Below, one piece after another: positions 1 through 11,190 of a stretch of DNA of 37,944 nucleotides. The stretch is taken from positions 38,889,496-38,927,439 of the forward strand of contig JBOZIK010000001.1 in the NCBI GenBank assembly GCA_051453625.1. Direction: 5' to 3'. Positions within the stretch are counted from its first letter, which is position 1; each line of letters starts with the position of its first letter. The notes under the pieces are model-generated. The model did no database searches, was not told where the DNA came from, and saw nothing but the letters and a program-made list of their open reading frames with translations. A program made the position numbers and the translations under genes. The DNA comes from Welwitschia mirabilis (Eukaryota).

Positions 1-2080
1 ATAATTAGCAGAATTGTATCTAAACCTGTATAAATGTTCTATAAAAGTACTCTAAATACACCATCAAATTCCTACAAATTGGCATCGCAACAATGGCTGA
101 ATGCTAAAGATCATATTAATCTATATCATGATCTCACCTCGATCAATGTCTATGAAAGAACGGTCGAGTTTTAGAATGGAATGTAGATGTTAAGCTATAA
201 ATAGATTAGTATTACCTCCACATATCATGCTCTATCCTATTTAAATGTTGATTAATCCTTGCTAAAGGAATACCATAATACTCAAGCTAAGGTTTACATG
301 GCTACTATTGTTGCTCATGTTCATAAAATCTCTCTACCTCCTAAAGCTATCTAAAATCCATAGGAAATGAAGAAGGGTATTTAATACAACAGTTCTACAA
401 GAATTAGGATACTAATAAGTAATTACTTTTCAAATGATAAAGGAGGAAGGAATAGTAATAAAAAGCTTAGAAGCACATGCATGAAAAACATGGATAAAGA
501 TAAGATAAGGAATATAAAGAGAACTTTCTTGCCTGAATAGCTAAAGGGCTCTTAAGACATTAAAGAAGATATTATATGTATAAAAACTAGCTAGGATGTT
601 TAACATAATGTAACATGTAAGAGGTACATCAGATGGCCAAAAATAATTAATAAAAAAACTATTGACATAAATACTATAATTGAGATTAAGATTATCTAGG
701 ATAGGTAATACCATGTCCAAAGAAGCATGTGGGTCTATTAATTTCCAATCACTAGTATGGTAAGGTATTTATAATGCATCAACTATAGCTTTAGGGGACT
801 AGTGAATGATGAGATCATCTACATTAGACTCCCATACATTTTTATCTTTATCAAACTAAAGTTTTCAAAAAAGATATGAAGATAATATCACTAGCATATA
901 AAGCATCATCTAGATTAACTAACCAATTTGCTACATAATCCCTAACTAATTCATCATCTTTAGAAGTAAAGAAAACAAAGATCATAGAGCAAATAAATTC
1001 ACTAAAAAAATTATAACTTGAAAAATAAAAAATAAGTATAAGGTTAAGAAAGATGAAAAGAAAAAGTAAAAATAGGATTCACTTCCATTTTGGAAGAACT
1101 TTGCTATTCAACTTTTGAAAGCATCATGTAGATTCTAATCACTTATTAAAAATTTTAAAGCAAAAGTGAGGTGATAAGGTAAAAAAAAAAAAAAAAGGTT
1201 TTTATAATGAGAGGATCATGCACTATTCTAAATACTAGTGCTATAGTATCTTGAATGGTGTATATTTGGCATTGTAGCACTATTATTGATGGTTCACCAA
1301 AAATTAAAGAGGATTTATATAAAAACAGTAGCATAAGCTAAAAAATAAAAAATAATAGAAAAATTAGTTTTAGAGGTACCCAAGAACCTAGGTAATAACT
1401 AGTTATACCCCTCAACTTGGATAAAAAATAAGATTTTTTGGGTAAAAAATACATAGCTTGGTTATAATTTATTAAGAGAGAAAAGAAGAAGAAAAAAGCT
1501 AAAAAATAAAAGCTAAAAATATTTTTGAACTGACACATTTTGGAAAATAAACAAAGTGTATGTCCTCCCTAAAGCTTTTAGTTTTAAACGTGATTACATA
1601 AGACTAATAGCTCTTATTTCATCATCCAAAAATACAATTTTTTTTAAGTTTCAAGAAAAATAAAGAAAAATAATTTTTTTGGTCTTTCAATTTTTTAGAT
1701 TAATTACATTTACGTTCAAAAGATAAATCAAAATAGATCTCAATCCTGTTTAAATTTCAATCATTAAATAACTTGCATTTAGATCCATTTACTTATTGGA
1801 CATAACCAGTTTTAGGATCTTGAATGTCAATAGTCCTAAAAGGAAAAACAGGAATAACAATAAAGGAACCTTCCCATTTAGATTTTAATTTGCTAGGAAA
1901 TAAATGAAAATAAGAATTAAAAAGAAAAACTTTATTGCTTATGTAAAATTTTTTTCCTAAGAATTATTTGAACATGATAATATTTCATTCATTTTTTAGC
2001 AAGACCTTGATTAGCATAAGTAATTAATCTTATTTTACCTAATTTACTTAATTACTATAAACTATGTTTAGCACATTTTT
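1..2080 (-). mobile_element. Degenerate Athila-like Ty3/gypsy fragment (integrase C-terminus plus downstream extra/env-like ORF remnant)
   Basis: Minus strand ~1760-1930 reads KVFLFNSYFHLFPSKLKSKWEGSFIVIPVFPFRTIDIQDPKTGYVQ*VNG, matching the Athila integrase tail (KVLLFNSRLxLFPGKLKSRWSGPF...VNGQRLK). ~740-960 reads ELVRDYVANW...WESNVDDLIIH*SPKAIVDAL*IP, like the extra ORF downstream of pol. Many stops; cut at 2080. Confidence 0.75.
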
Positions 2081-3001
2081 TGTTGGTAAATCAAGTTTTG
2101 ATGATTCCACTTATGAATATTTTAAGTCATTATCTAAGACATATCATTATAAAGTTCATCAGATCTTGATAAGCCTTAGATGATAATGGAACTTTAATGT
2201 TAATATACCATGAAAAAGATCAATTGATAAATTTCAAATTTAGTTATTTGAAGCCATATAAAAAATTGAAGACTTTTTTGATGAAGACATCTAGGAAATT
2301 GAAGACATCTCAAATGTACTAAAATTTATCTCACATGTTAAAGATGAATATCTTATTAAAGATAACCATGATAAAACTTGAACTAACACAGAAGAAGATG
2401 TCTACATATTTGAAGTTGTCTACACTAAGCCAAAACAAGTAGTAAAGTTAATTTGGTTTTTAACTAATAACTTACATTTCATGTGAGCTATCAATTTTTA
2501 CATCACAGGTTCATGATTATAGAGGTCCAAGAATTATATAGAGCAAGTTTCATCAAAATCTAGGTAAGTTCACTAATAATGTCTGCAAGGTAAAGATGTC
2601 TGATTATTAGTAGACATCTATAAATATGAAGATATCTTGGACCAAGTTCATGTCGATGAAAATTAAAGATACATGCTTGATGCCCGAACATTTTCTATCC
2701 ATTACATGATGTTTACAAAGTTAAATAGCTACATTTTTAAGCTCAAATGACTAGATCCTCTTCAACTATATAAAGAATTGATGTCACAAAACAAATCAAA
2801 ACTTTTGGAAGTTCAAAGAATACACAACTCGTGAACCTTTGCTACTCAATAATAAGATTAAATATCAAATGAATATTACATGAGTGAAAGGAACATCTTA
2901 CAAAGGATTATAAGCATCATTTTTAAGGCATCTAGGATTGTCTATACCATTTGTTCTTGGATCCCTCATTTCCATATCATTCATTTGCACTCAGGACAAA
3001 A
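2081..3001 (+). mobile_element. Sirevirus(copia)-like LTR fragment inserted in the Athila integrase and interrupted by the Tekay element
   Basis: Starts TGTTGG...GTTTTGATGAT at the point where Athila homology stops; carries repeated AGACATCT/AGATGTCT motifs (2283-2637) and a TATA box (CTATATAAAG ~2767-2776). Confidence 0.55.
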
Positions 3002-3849
3002 CGTCGCATCCATAATTTTACTTCTTTTAAAAAAGATGCAAAGATTAAATTTAGTGAATTATTTAGAAAGATTTAATTATTTTAAAATCTCCAACTAATA
3101 TAAATGTTATGTTATTGAGATGTTGTTATATTTGTTCTTTGAGTTCCTTTTGTCTTGATTAAAATATTACTTATAAATCTTTAAGAGTATTCTTGTAATT
3201 GTGATGATTCCACTCACTTATTATTTTTGCACTTCGTAGAAATTATGCATAATCAAATGTTAATTATGAAGGCTTATTATTTTTTATCATTATTATGATT
3301 AAATGTGATTAAATATAAAGCATTTTCTTTTTATATTATTAAAGTGCCTGATGGCCAGATAAGTCTTTATGAGACATTATGAAATCCACACCTTTACCAT
3401 TGACTCATGATGTATCCTTTCTTATTTTTGAGTCCTATCACTTTACCTACATTCTTTTATTATAAATAGAGTTATTATTCCCTCAATTCTAACTCATTTC
3501 CTAGGATCTTTGAAAACTTGGAAGTCCTCAAAGTCCTTGAATATCATGATCTGATATGGGTATGGTTCTATTTTTTCTTGCTTTCTTATTGGTTCATTCC
3601 TTTGTATGCAATCTATTATTGTATTTGATGTGTCTATATTCTTGTGAAACAAATATAAAAAAAATGTGTAATGCTTGATAAAGGTAGAATTATTCTTATT
3701 TCAAGTCTTATCTCCTACTACCTTCTATACTCAATGTCTTGATATTATAACTCAAGTTGTTGTACTTGTCATGGGTAGATACTTTGTGGTTATACCTTAT
3801 CATGCTTCTCTTGTTATCATGATTTCTTGAACTTATGGTTATGTAATTC

Positions 3850-4145
3850 CGTAGATCACCAAACAAGGTAGTAGGCTTTACAAGTAGTCAAAGGAGGTAG
3901 TGAAGTGATAATTCCACAGATCGTCAAATGAGGCAGTGGATTCCATAGGGCCCTAAAAGGTAGTGAGGATAATAATATATATATATATATATATACACAA
4001 TCACAGATTACCAAATAAGGCAGTGGGTTTCACAGGTTACTGAATGAGGTAGTGAAGTGAATTATGACATATTATATGAGAATCACAGATCGCCGAATGA
4101 GGCAATGAACTTCATAGATCATCAAATGAGGCAGTGAAGTGATTG
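3850..4145 (+). repeat. Array of eight ~29-bp LTR sub-repeats (consensus ~CACAGATCGCCGAATGAGGCAGTG) arranged as four pairs
   Basis: Units start near 3850, 3880, 3915, 3943, 4002, 4031, 4084, 4113; two units recur at 10214-10260 in the 3' LTR. Confidence 0.85.
3975..3995. repeat. (AT)n microsatellite
   Basis: Ten perfect AT units seen directly. Confidence 0.95.
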
Positions 4146-5048
4146 AAATGTAAGAAAAATATATATTGATTATTCTTGTTTCATAATAATAAGGTCGATG
4201 TTTGTGATATAAGTTATTCTTAAAGTTCTTACTTGTCTTTTTTATCTTAACCTTTGAAAAATCCTTTTTTTTCTTACCTAGTTTTACCTGGATCATATTG
4301 GAAGCTATGAGATTTTCATAGTTCTCATTCCATACTTTTGTATGATAGGTAAAAAATCTAGAGTATGAATGCTGGAATGGACATAAGGATGTGAAGGATT
4401 TTTGTTCTAGTATTGTTGGAAAATTTTGCAAAATAATCTTGTATTCCTTCATTAAACTTAAATACTTGGTGTTATATGACTGAGATCTTGAGATCACGAT
4501 ATACTTTTCTGAAATAATGTTTCCTTGGATGTGTTGAGTGTTAAACTCCATTTTATCATGTGTGTGCTTTGTAATTTATGAAGCTTTCTCAGATGATACA
4601 TTATGTATTAAATAATGGATATTTTCCTTGAAAATTCTTGCAATGAAATGTGATGATTTTAACTTATTCTTCATATTTTATTTGAAGTACCTTAATGTGA
4701 ATCTTGAATCTTTAGCTGTGTATTTTACCTCAAAGGGCATCGAATGACAATTTTTTATTATAAATTCTAGGAATCATTATTATGGATAAGTATGATTTGG
4801 CATTTCATTTTCAAGTTTCTATTGTAAAGTTTTCTTGAAAGTTTTTAGTTTATATGTGAATATAGAATAATATTCCTTGTATACAAAATTGATGTTCATT
4901 AAATAATAATAATTTTTTTAGAAAAGGGCATGTAATTATCTCCTTCTCACTTAATTAGGACATTATCAATTATTTAAAATATGATCAAATTATCATATGA
5001 AGGGCATTAATGTCAAGGGTCTAACCCAGTAGCATTTAAATAAAAATA

Positions 5049-6259
5049 CTAGTGGTTCAGCGTACATAGTAGGATTTAAATCAGGAGCGGGCTAAACAGT
5101 CTACTATCTCATATTAAATGAGGTGTACAAATGAAATGCACACCATAAGTTTTAAATTATATGCCATGTGTCATCACCTCAATGCATGTAGTACAGGACT
5201 TGGAAGGCAGTTTAGCTTCTTCATTTAAATCACTGACCATCTTTATAGCAATAATTATCTTAACTGTTACACCACCAAGTGTTTGCTATTAATTGAAGTG
5301 TTTCTTGCATAGTTAAGAACTAGCACAATGGTTGTTGGGCCTTGTAGTTTAACCAACAGTTGTATTGCAAGTTCAAAGGATGTGTTATAATGCATCATCA
5401 TCTAAATCTCATTTTAATAATGATTAACGTGCATGATTTGGGCATCTTAACTAGGTGGCAATCTTTAAGCATCAACTCCCAAGAATTGAACAATAATTTA
5501 ATGCCTTTGAAACACTTGATTAATGGGTTACGTGGACCATTTTCTTAATTCACATGCAGTAGCACTCTCCAGCTAAGGATGAGAAAAATTAGTGCATAGC
5601 ATTACATTGTTAATTTTATTAGATCGTATGCAGTCTAGCTATTCGGTTAATCTCATGATTAATACTCAATGTATAACCTTGGCAATGAAAGCGTTATTAT
5701 CCGAAAATTTGGATGATCAACAACACCAACAGCAAGGAGGCTAATAAACATCATTGATCAAGCTAAATCCTAAAAAACGTGTCTATGGGAATAACCCTTT
5801 TACAATATTCGACCTTTCAACATTGCTAGCCAATCAGATGAGATCCTAGAGCAAGACATTCTGCTTTAAAACTCTATATATTATTTACTATTCTACCTTG
5901 GAATTTTTCCTATATTCGCTATTTGTAATCCTTTAGCAGTGCTGTCCGTCAACCTCGTCCCACTTTCATCTCTTAACTCCCATGCATCCATTCGCTTCTT
6001 GTGCTCATTGTATTCATTATTCTCCACCTGCTCTTGTCTTAATGCAGTCGTTATCCACGCTAAGGCGTTAGCCTACCATGGTAATGCAGTTAATAAATGC
6101 CAGATCATAACCTTTTAAGAAATGCTTTCAAGATACCATGCCTTTATGTTATGGCTAAATTTAACATAGGTATCCAATAAGTTATGAATTTTATAACATG
6201 ATCAAATACATATGTAGATATATGCAATACTTTATAAAGAATGCAATGGTTTTACAGGA
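5049..6259 (-). mobile_element. Putative non-autonomous Helitron-like insert carrying gene-like fragments
   Basis: Minus-strand 3' end: imperfect hairpin TCCTAC-TAT-GTACGC, 7 nt, CTAG|T; candidate 5' end A|TCCTGTAAAA at 6259; no TSD; interior is richer in GC and CpG than the flanking LTR and has exon-like minus-strand pieces. The 5' boundary is uncertain. Confidence 0.35.
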
Positions 6260-6434
6260 TCTAGACTAAAATTTAAAATTTTAGTTTTTATAGGGCTTTT
6301 AATCATTTTAGCTATTAAATCTAATTAGTGTTTTAGTACCCTTCACCAAATGAAATTCCTTCTTAATAATAGTCCTTTTGTAATTCTTAGTTGTTTATCA
6401 TTTCAAGATGACTAAAACTTTTGATCCTACATTA

Positions 6435-6446
6435 TGGTATCAGAGC
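6435..6446 (+). promoter_or_regulatory. Primer-binding site 1 (tRNA-iMet), TGGTATCAGAGC
   Basis: Exact 12-mer, 3 nt after an LTR-end-like GATCCTACA. Confidence 0.85.
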
Positions 6447-6493
6447 GTCAAGTTTGAAGATTTTCAAGTTTAAAAATTTAGGGTCTTACATTT

Positions 6494-6505
6494 TGGTATC
6501 AGAGC
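6494..6505 (+). promoter_or_regulatory. Primer-binding site 2 (tRNA-iMet), TGGTATCAGAGC
   Basis: Exact 12-mer, 3 nt after GGGTCTTACA, followed by CTAGGTT. Confidence 0.92.
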
Positions 6506-6700
6506 CTAGGTTGCGATTTTGCAGGACATAACTATCATGAAGTCAAATTAGCATTAGACATACATTAACGAATTCACTAGGTGTAACTATTATTAGAATG
6601 TAGATTGCAATTCCACTTGGCTTAACTTTGTTAAAGTTGCAACTTTTAACATGGAAATTTAGGCTTATAATATGTATAGTTTGATTCCCATTAGATTAAC

Positions 6701-7570
6701 ATGGCCCCAAGAAGGATATTTAACTAACCAATTGAAGTTACAACATTAGTAAATCTAGTTAGCAACTTAGTGAATGAGCTTATGAGCAAAGCAATGATTG
6801 GAAAGATGGCAACTCTATCAAGAAAATGATGGTGTAATTGTAAAAGGATGAATCCTCCAATTTTCTAAGGTGTCAAAAACATGGCACATGTGAAAGCATG
6901 ATTGATTGTATGTAAAACAATTAGAATCATTCAATTTCACTATTAATCAACTTATTAAAACAAAAACCTTATGGTGGAACATAGAAGTATGGTGAAATGC
7001 AAAAAGACTTTGGTTATTGTTTTCAATACTTATGAAGTAAGAAGAATTTAAAAAAAGATATAGACGTAGATACATTTCAAAATTCTTTTTTTAAATGTGA
7101 AGGCCAACAAGTTCTACAATATTATAAGTAGGTATGAAGAAGTAAAAGTCAAAATATTTATGACTGGTCTACATCCAATAATTCAAAATCAAGTCATATT
7201 ATTTTAATTGAAAAGTATTACAAAAGCCTTAGAGAAGGCCAGAATCAGTGAATAATTATGTATCATGAATAAAAATATTAGAACAAAAATAAGAATATCT
7301 CAAGATAATAGAAAAATGCAACCATGGAGAAACCACTCACTCAGAATGTAGGTATGATCAGAGGAAGAGGTAGAGTAAATAAGGCTACAGTTAATACTAG
7401 AGCAACACACAAACTTTCAAGGAAGAAAGTAGACTTATCCAACTTGAGGAAGAGATAGATTTATGGGACTACTAAGAAATGATTAGTCTTTTAAATTTAA
7501 CTAATGATTTTAAGATCATGGGGTGTTTTCTATGTTAGAGACCTTGCTATGTTAGAAATTACCTTAAAAG
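6701..7570 (+). pseudogene. gag: Gypsy gag remnant
   Basis: MAPRR start, KRMNPPIF*G (PPxFxG), LWW, KIFMTGLHPII (KxFxxGLxPxI) and a decayed zinc knuckle (GCFLC...) near 7520-7567; stops and frameshifts. Confidence 0.75.
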
Positions 7571-8759
7571 GAAGAAACAAGAAGCACCTACAACAAGTGT
7601 CTAGAAGATATCATCTAGTATGATCTAGAGGTTATTTCTATTGTAGCCAACTTTCCTTCCACTCCTATTAAAGTTTGCATGGAAGCTTTATTACTACTGA
7701 TGGTGAAGAAGAGACAGGGTTATGTTAGTACTAAATCTATAAAGATAGAAGATGATATGATTATGATTAAAGATAACATCAATAAAACTGCAAAGATGAA
7801 TGAAGAAAAATAATTTTTTCTCAGACAAGAAAACAAAAGCAATCTAAATGATGTGGAAATTAATTTCATTAATTAAGTAATTAAGAATAAAAAGATAATA
7901 AAAGAAATTAATTCTTTACCTCTATCAAACGAAGACTTTCTAGCGCCTAAGGTAGATAGAGTTGAAGTTTTACCTCATTAGCATGCAAAGGCTTCCTTCT
8001 ATATTATCTTAATATGTTAGTGGATAAAAGTAAAGAGACATTACTTGAATTAATGGATTAATTCTTTGGCTTACCTAGTAGGTCTATATACTATTGTCAG
8101 CAAATATTTAAATAACCCTTTATCTTAAGAAATTCTTATATTAATTGAGCCCTCACTTGTAGTTATCATTGGCTCACATATTGTAATCCTTAGCTTCATG
8201 ATATTCTTAACTAGCTAATCCTATTATTATATGATTAAATTTTGTAATATTACTTAGATGGAATATGATTATAGGTTTTTAACATTTTTGGAATAGGTTT
8301 ATTTGATCTATGCTTTCCTAGCCTTATTTCACACATTGTTTCCTTAACTTATTAGACTTCAAGATGCTATATGCATATTAATCATTAAAGTGAAAATTCA
8401 ATTAGATTATATAAGGAAAAGTGTCAAAGAGGCATTGAAAGAAGTGCATAACATAAGAGTGTAGTGTGGAAGTGATCTATAATTTTTGAGTTTAATCTTG
8501 AGGAATTATTTACATAATAATTTTTAAAGTGTGTATTATAATTTGGAGTAAGAGATTGTATGTTGCCATATTTGAGTTGTAGTGAACTTAATAGTTTAAG
8601 CATATTTTGCTTTGGTCAAATCAAGGAGGTTATTAAGATATTTTGGCTTATGAAACTAAATGATTCAACTTATTTTTATGTGTATTCAACTATTTTCTTA
8701 TAAATTCCTTACATGAGAGATATGCTAGTTCATAACATTCTCCCTAATCAAGTAATCAT

Positions 8760-9290
8760 TATAACCCTAGAAAATGAAAAAGGTCATAAGGTCATGTTTA
8801 ACAAAGAAGTTTGTATAAATCTTGAACTTGATATGCCATGAAGTTAGTATTGTGATAAAGGTGATTAGGCATCTCACTTAACATAAGAATAAGTTGTATG
8901 AACCTTTAAGTTAATGATATCAATGGTCTAGAAGAAGCTATGTGAAATTTTTTGTTGAATAATGACAGTGTAAAGCTAAAGAATAGCCTATCAACATGCA
9001 CTTATAGTAAGATTATCAAAATGAAGAAGGAGGAATATGGCTTGTACTTTTATTGTGAAGTTCTTAGTAAGATGACATAATCCATGTTATGTATGAAGAT
9101 ACCAATTCCAGTTTAGATTACTAAATTAATCTTTAGGAAGATTGTAAAGATATATATCTCTCTAAAGACAACTTTTTATACATATTATGAAGAATAGTTT
9201 TCAAGATTAATATGATATAACCAATCTATAGAAGTAGCAACTTAGGAGACAAAGGCAGATGTTAATCAGTGGAAACTTGATCTTCTATAA
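8760..9290 (+). pseudogene. pol: Gypsy integrase remnant with C-terminal chromodomain
   Basis: Remnants of the YxPGKAN and integrase Zn-binding regions; ends RLI*YNQSIEVAT*ETKADVNQWKLDLL*, matching the Tekay chromodomain VLWRNxxVEEATWExExxMxxxYPxLF. Confidence 0.7.
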
Positions 9291-9325
9291 GTTTTAAGAA
9301 GAAAACTTCTTAAGTTGATGAGAAA

Positions 9326-10260
9326 TATCACATCCATATTTTTCCTTCTTTTAAAAACGATGCAAAGCTTAAGTTTAATGAATTATTTAGAAAGATTTAA
9401 TTATTTTGAAATCTCCAACTCATATAAATATTATGTTCTTGAGATGTTATTATGTTAAATTGTACTTTGAGTTTTTTTTGTCTTAATTAAAATATTACTT
9501 ATAAATCTTTAAAAATGTTCTTGTAATGGTGATGATTTCATTCACTCATTATTTTTGCACTTCCTAGAAATTATGCATGGTCAAATGTTAATTGTGGAGG
9601 CTTATTGTTTTTCCTCATTATTATGATTAAATCTGATGAAATAGAAAGCATTTCCTTTTTATATCATTAAAGTGTCCAGTGGCTAGACAAGCCTTTATTA
9701 GACATTATGAAACCCTCAACTTTACTGTTGGCTCATGATATGTCATTTCGTATTCTTGAGTCCTGTCACTTTACCTATGTTCTCTCACTATAAATAGAGT
9801 TCTTCCTCCCTCAAGTCTAATTTATTTTTAAAAAGACTTTTCCTTTGAATCTTGAAGCTTAAAAGGCCTAGATGATTTAAAAACTTGGAAGATTCTTGAA
9901 GTCCTCAAACATCATGATCTGATACAGGTATGGTTCCATTCTTTCTTGATTCCTTGTTGGTCCATTCCTTTGTATGTAATCCGTTATCATGTTTGATGTG
10001 TTTATATTCTTGCAAAATAAATATAAAAAAATGTGTAATGCTTGATAAGAGTAGAATCGGTCTTGTTCCAAGTTTTATCTCCTACTACCTTCTGTAATTA
10101 ATGTCTGGATATTATAACTTAAGTTGTACTTGTTGTGAGTAGATACTTAATGGTTATACCTTATCATATTTCTCTTTCTATTATTATTTCTTAAACCTAT
10201 GGTTATGTAATTCCACATATTGTTAAATGAGGCACTGGACTTCACAGATTACTAAATAAG
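9326..10260 (+). repeat. 3' LTR of the Tekay element, truncated
   Basis: Colinear with the 5' LTR from 3002 into the sub-repeat array; similarity stops at ~10260. Confidence 0.88.
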
Positions 10261-10559
10261 ATTTTTCTTGTTTCTATTTCAATTTTCTATGTTATTAAGG
10301 ATATGGTTTCTTTTATCTCTAAGGATAAATTCCTAAATTTAACTTAATCATATTTATGTTTAATCACTAGATAAATTTACTCATCCAAAGACATTTGATT
10401 CTCTTATGATCATCTTCCTTATAATGCTCGCAAATAAGAACTTCTCACTCTTTCAGATATTCAACAACAAACCAATTAAACTTTTCTATCATAATATCAA
10501 TTATCATTTTGGTCATGTCTTCCATATGATTGATATGTTTGGAACTATACATACTACCT

Positions 10560-11190
10560 TCTATTTAAAATGTTAACACCTCATTTACTTTCCTTTTTTT
10601 CTCATTTTTTAATCTCCATTCCTAACTCATATTATACAACTAGATGATGGTATCATCTATTTCTTGTAGATTCTTAGTTTTAATGTTCTTCTACGTGAAA
10701 TTTAGTTTTTTATGCTTATGTGATATAACCTTTTTTAAAAATTCCTAGTATAAAATTCTTGACTCTATGCTTTCTTAGTTTAAAATTCTTGACTTTATGC
10801 TTCATAGGTAATTAATATTTTAAAAATAGTTAGGAATAATTATAATATATAAATCAGAGGTAGTAGGGTTATGAGAGTATAACAAAGTGATATAATGATA
10901 AAAATTAATAATGTGATAGAAGTTGTGCATCTTCTTATGTAACTATTATCATGATTTAACATAAGCCTATAAAATAGACTTCTTAATTACATTTGGAACC
11001 TTTGAGATATCTCATGGTATTATTTCTATTCTCATGTTCACATAATTCTGAATTATGTAACATCAAGAATGTTGTCATGATCTTTTGAAGTTATCAATTA
11101 TATTCCTACTTCCATGCTTCTCATAAGAGATGTATAATGAAACTTAAACTTAACATGGTATCTCATCCATCTTGTGAGATATGAAAAATG
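10560..11190 (-). pseudogene. Very degenerate Ty1/copia RT/RNase H-like fragment
   Basis: Faint ordered minus-strand motifs: HYTSLMRSM (PYASLVGSL), MRYLKG, RRCTTS (RRSTTG). Confidence 0.3.

Larger units (their letters stand above)
3002..6490 (+). repeat. 5' LTR of the Tekay element (includes a ~1.2 kb foreign insert)
   Basis: Start CGTCGCATCC aligns to TATCACATCC at 9326 (ancestral TGTCACATCC); TATA-like TATAAATAGAG at ~3461; ends ...TCTTACA at 6490 before the PBS. Confidence 0.8.
3002..10260 (+). mobile_element. Tekay/Del-type chromovirus (Ty3/gypsy), decayed, non-autonomous, 3' LTR truncated
   Basis: Long direct repeats starting 3002 and 9326 (roughly 85% by eye over ~0.9 kb), LTR end GGGTCTTACA followed by a tRNA-Met PBS, gag remnant, integrase and chromodomain remnant, degenerate PPT just before 9326. 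Confidence 0.88.

Noticed and set aside
3850..4145. CRISPR-like array or hammerhead ribozyme (retrozyme) repeats
   Set aside because: Units are degenerate, paired and irregularly spaced inside a plant LTR, with no cas genes; no CUGANGA...GAAA core with proper stems.
4072..4551. 159-aa minus-strand ORF
   Set aside because: Lies within LTR sequence; AT-biased composition, no recognisable domain.
5012..6452. GTCAAG direct repeat as TSD of an insert ending in a PBS
   Set aside because: A 6-mer repeat is expected by chance over 1.4 kb, and the extra PBS is better explained by the 59-bp tandem duplication.
10746..10802. ~30-bp tandem duplication
   Set aside because: Real but an ordinary slippage or repair duplication with no sign of function.
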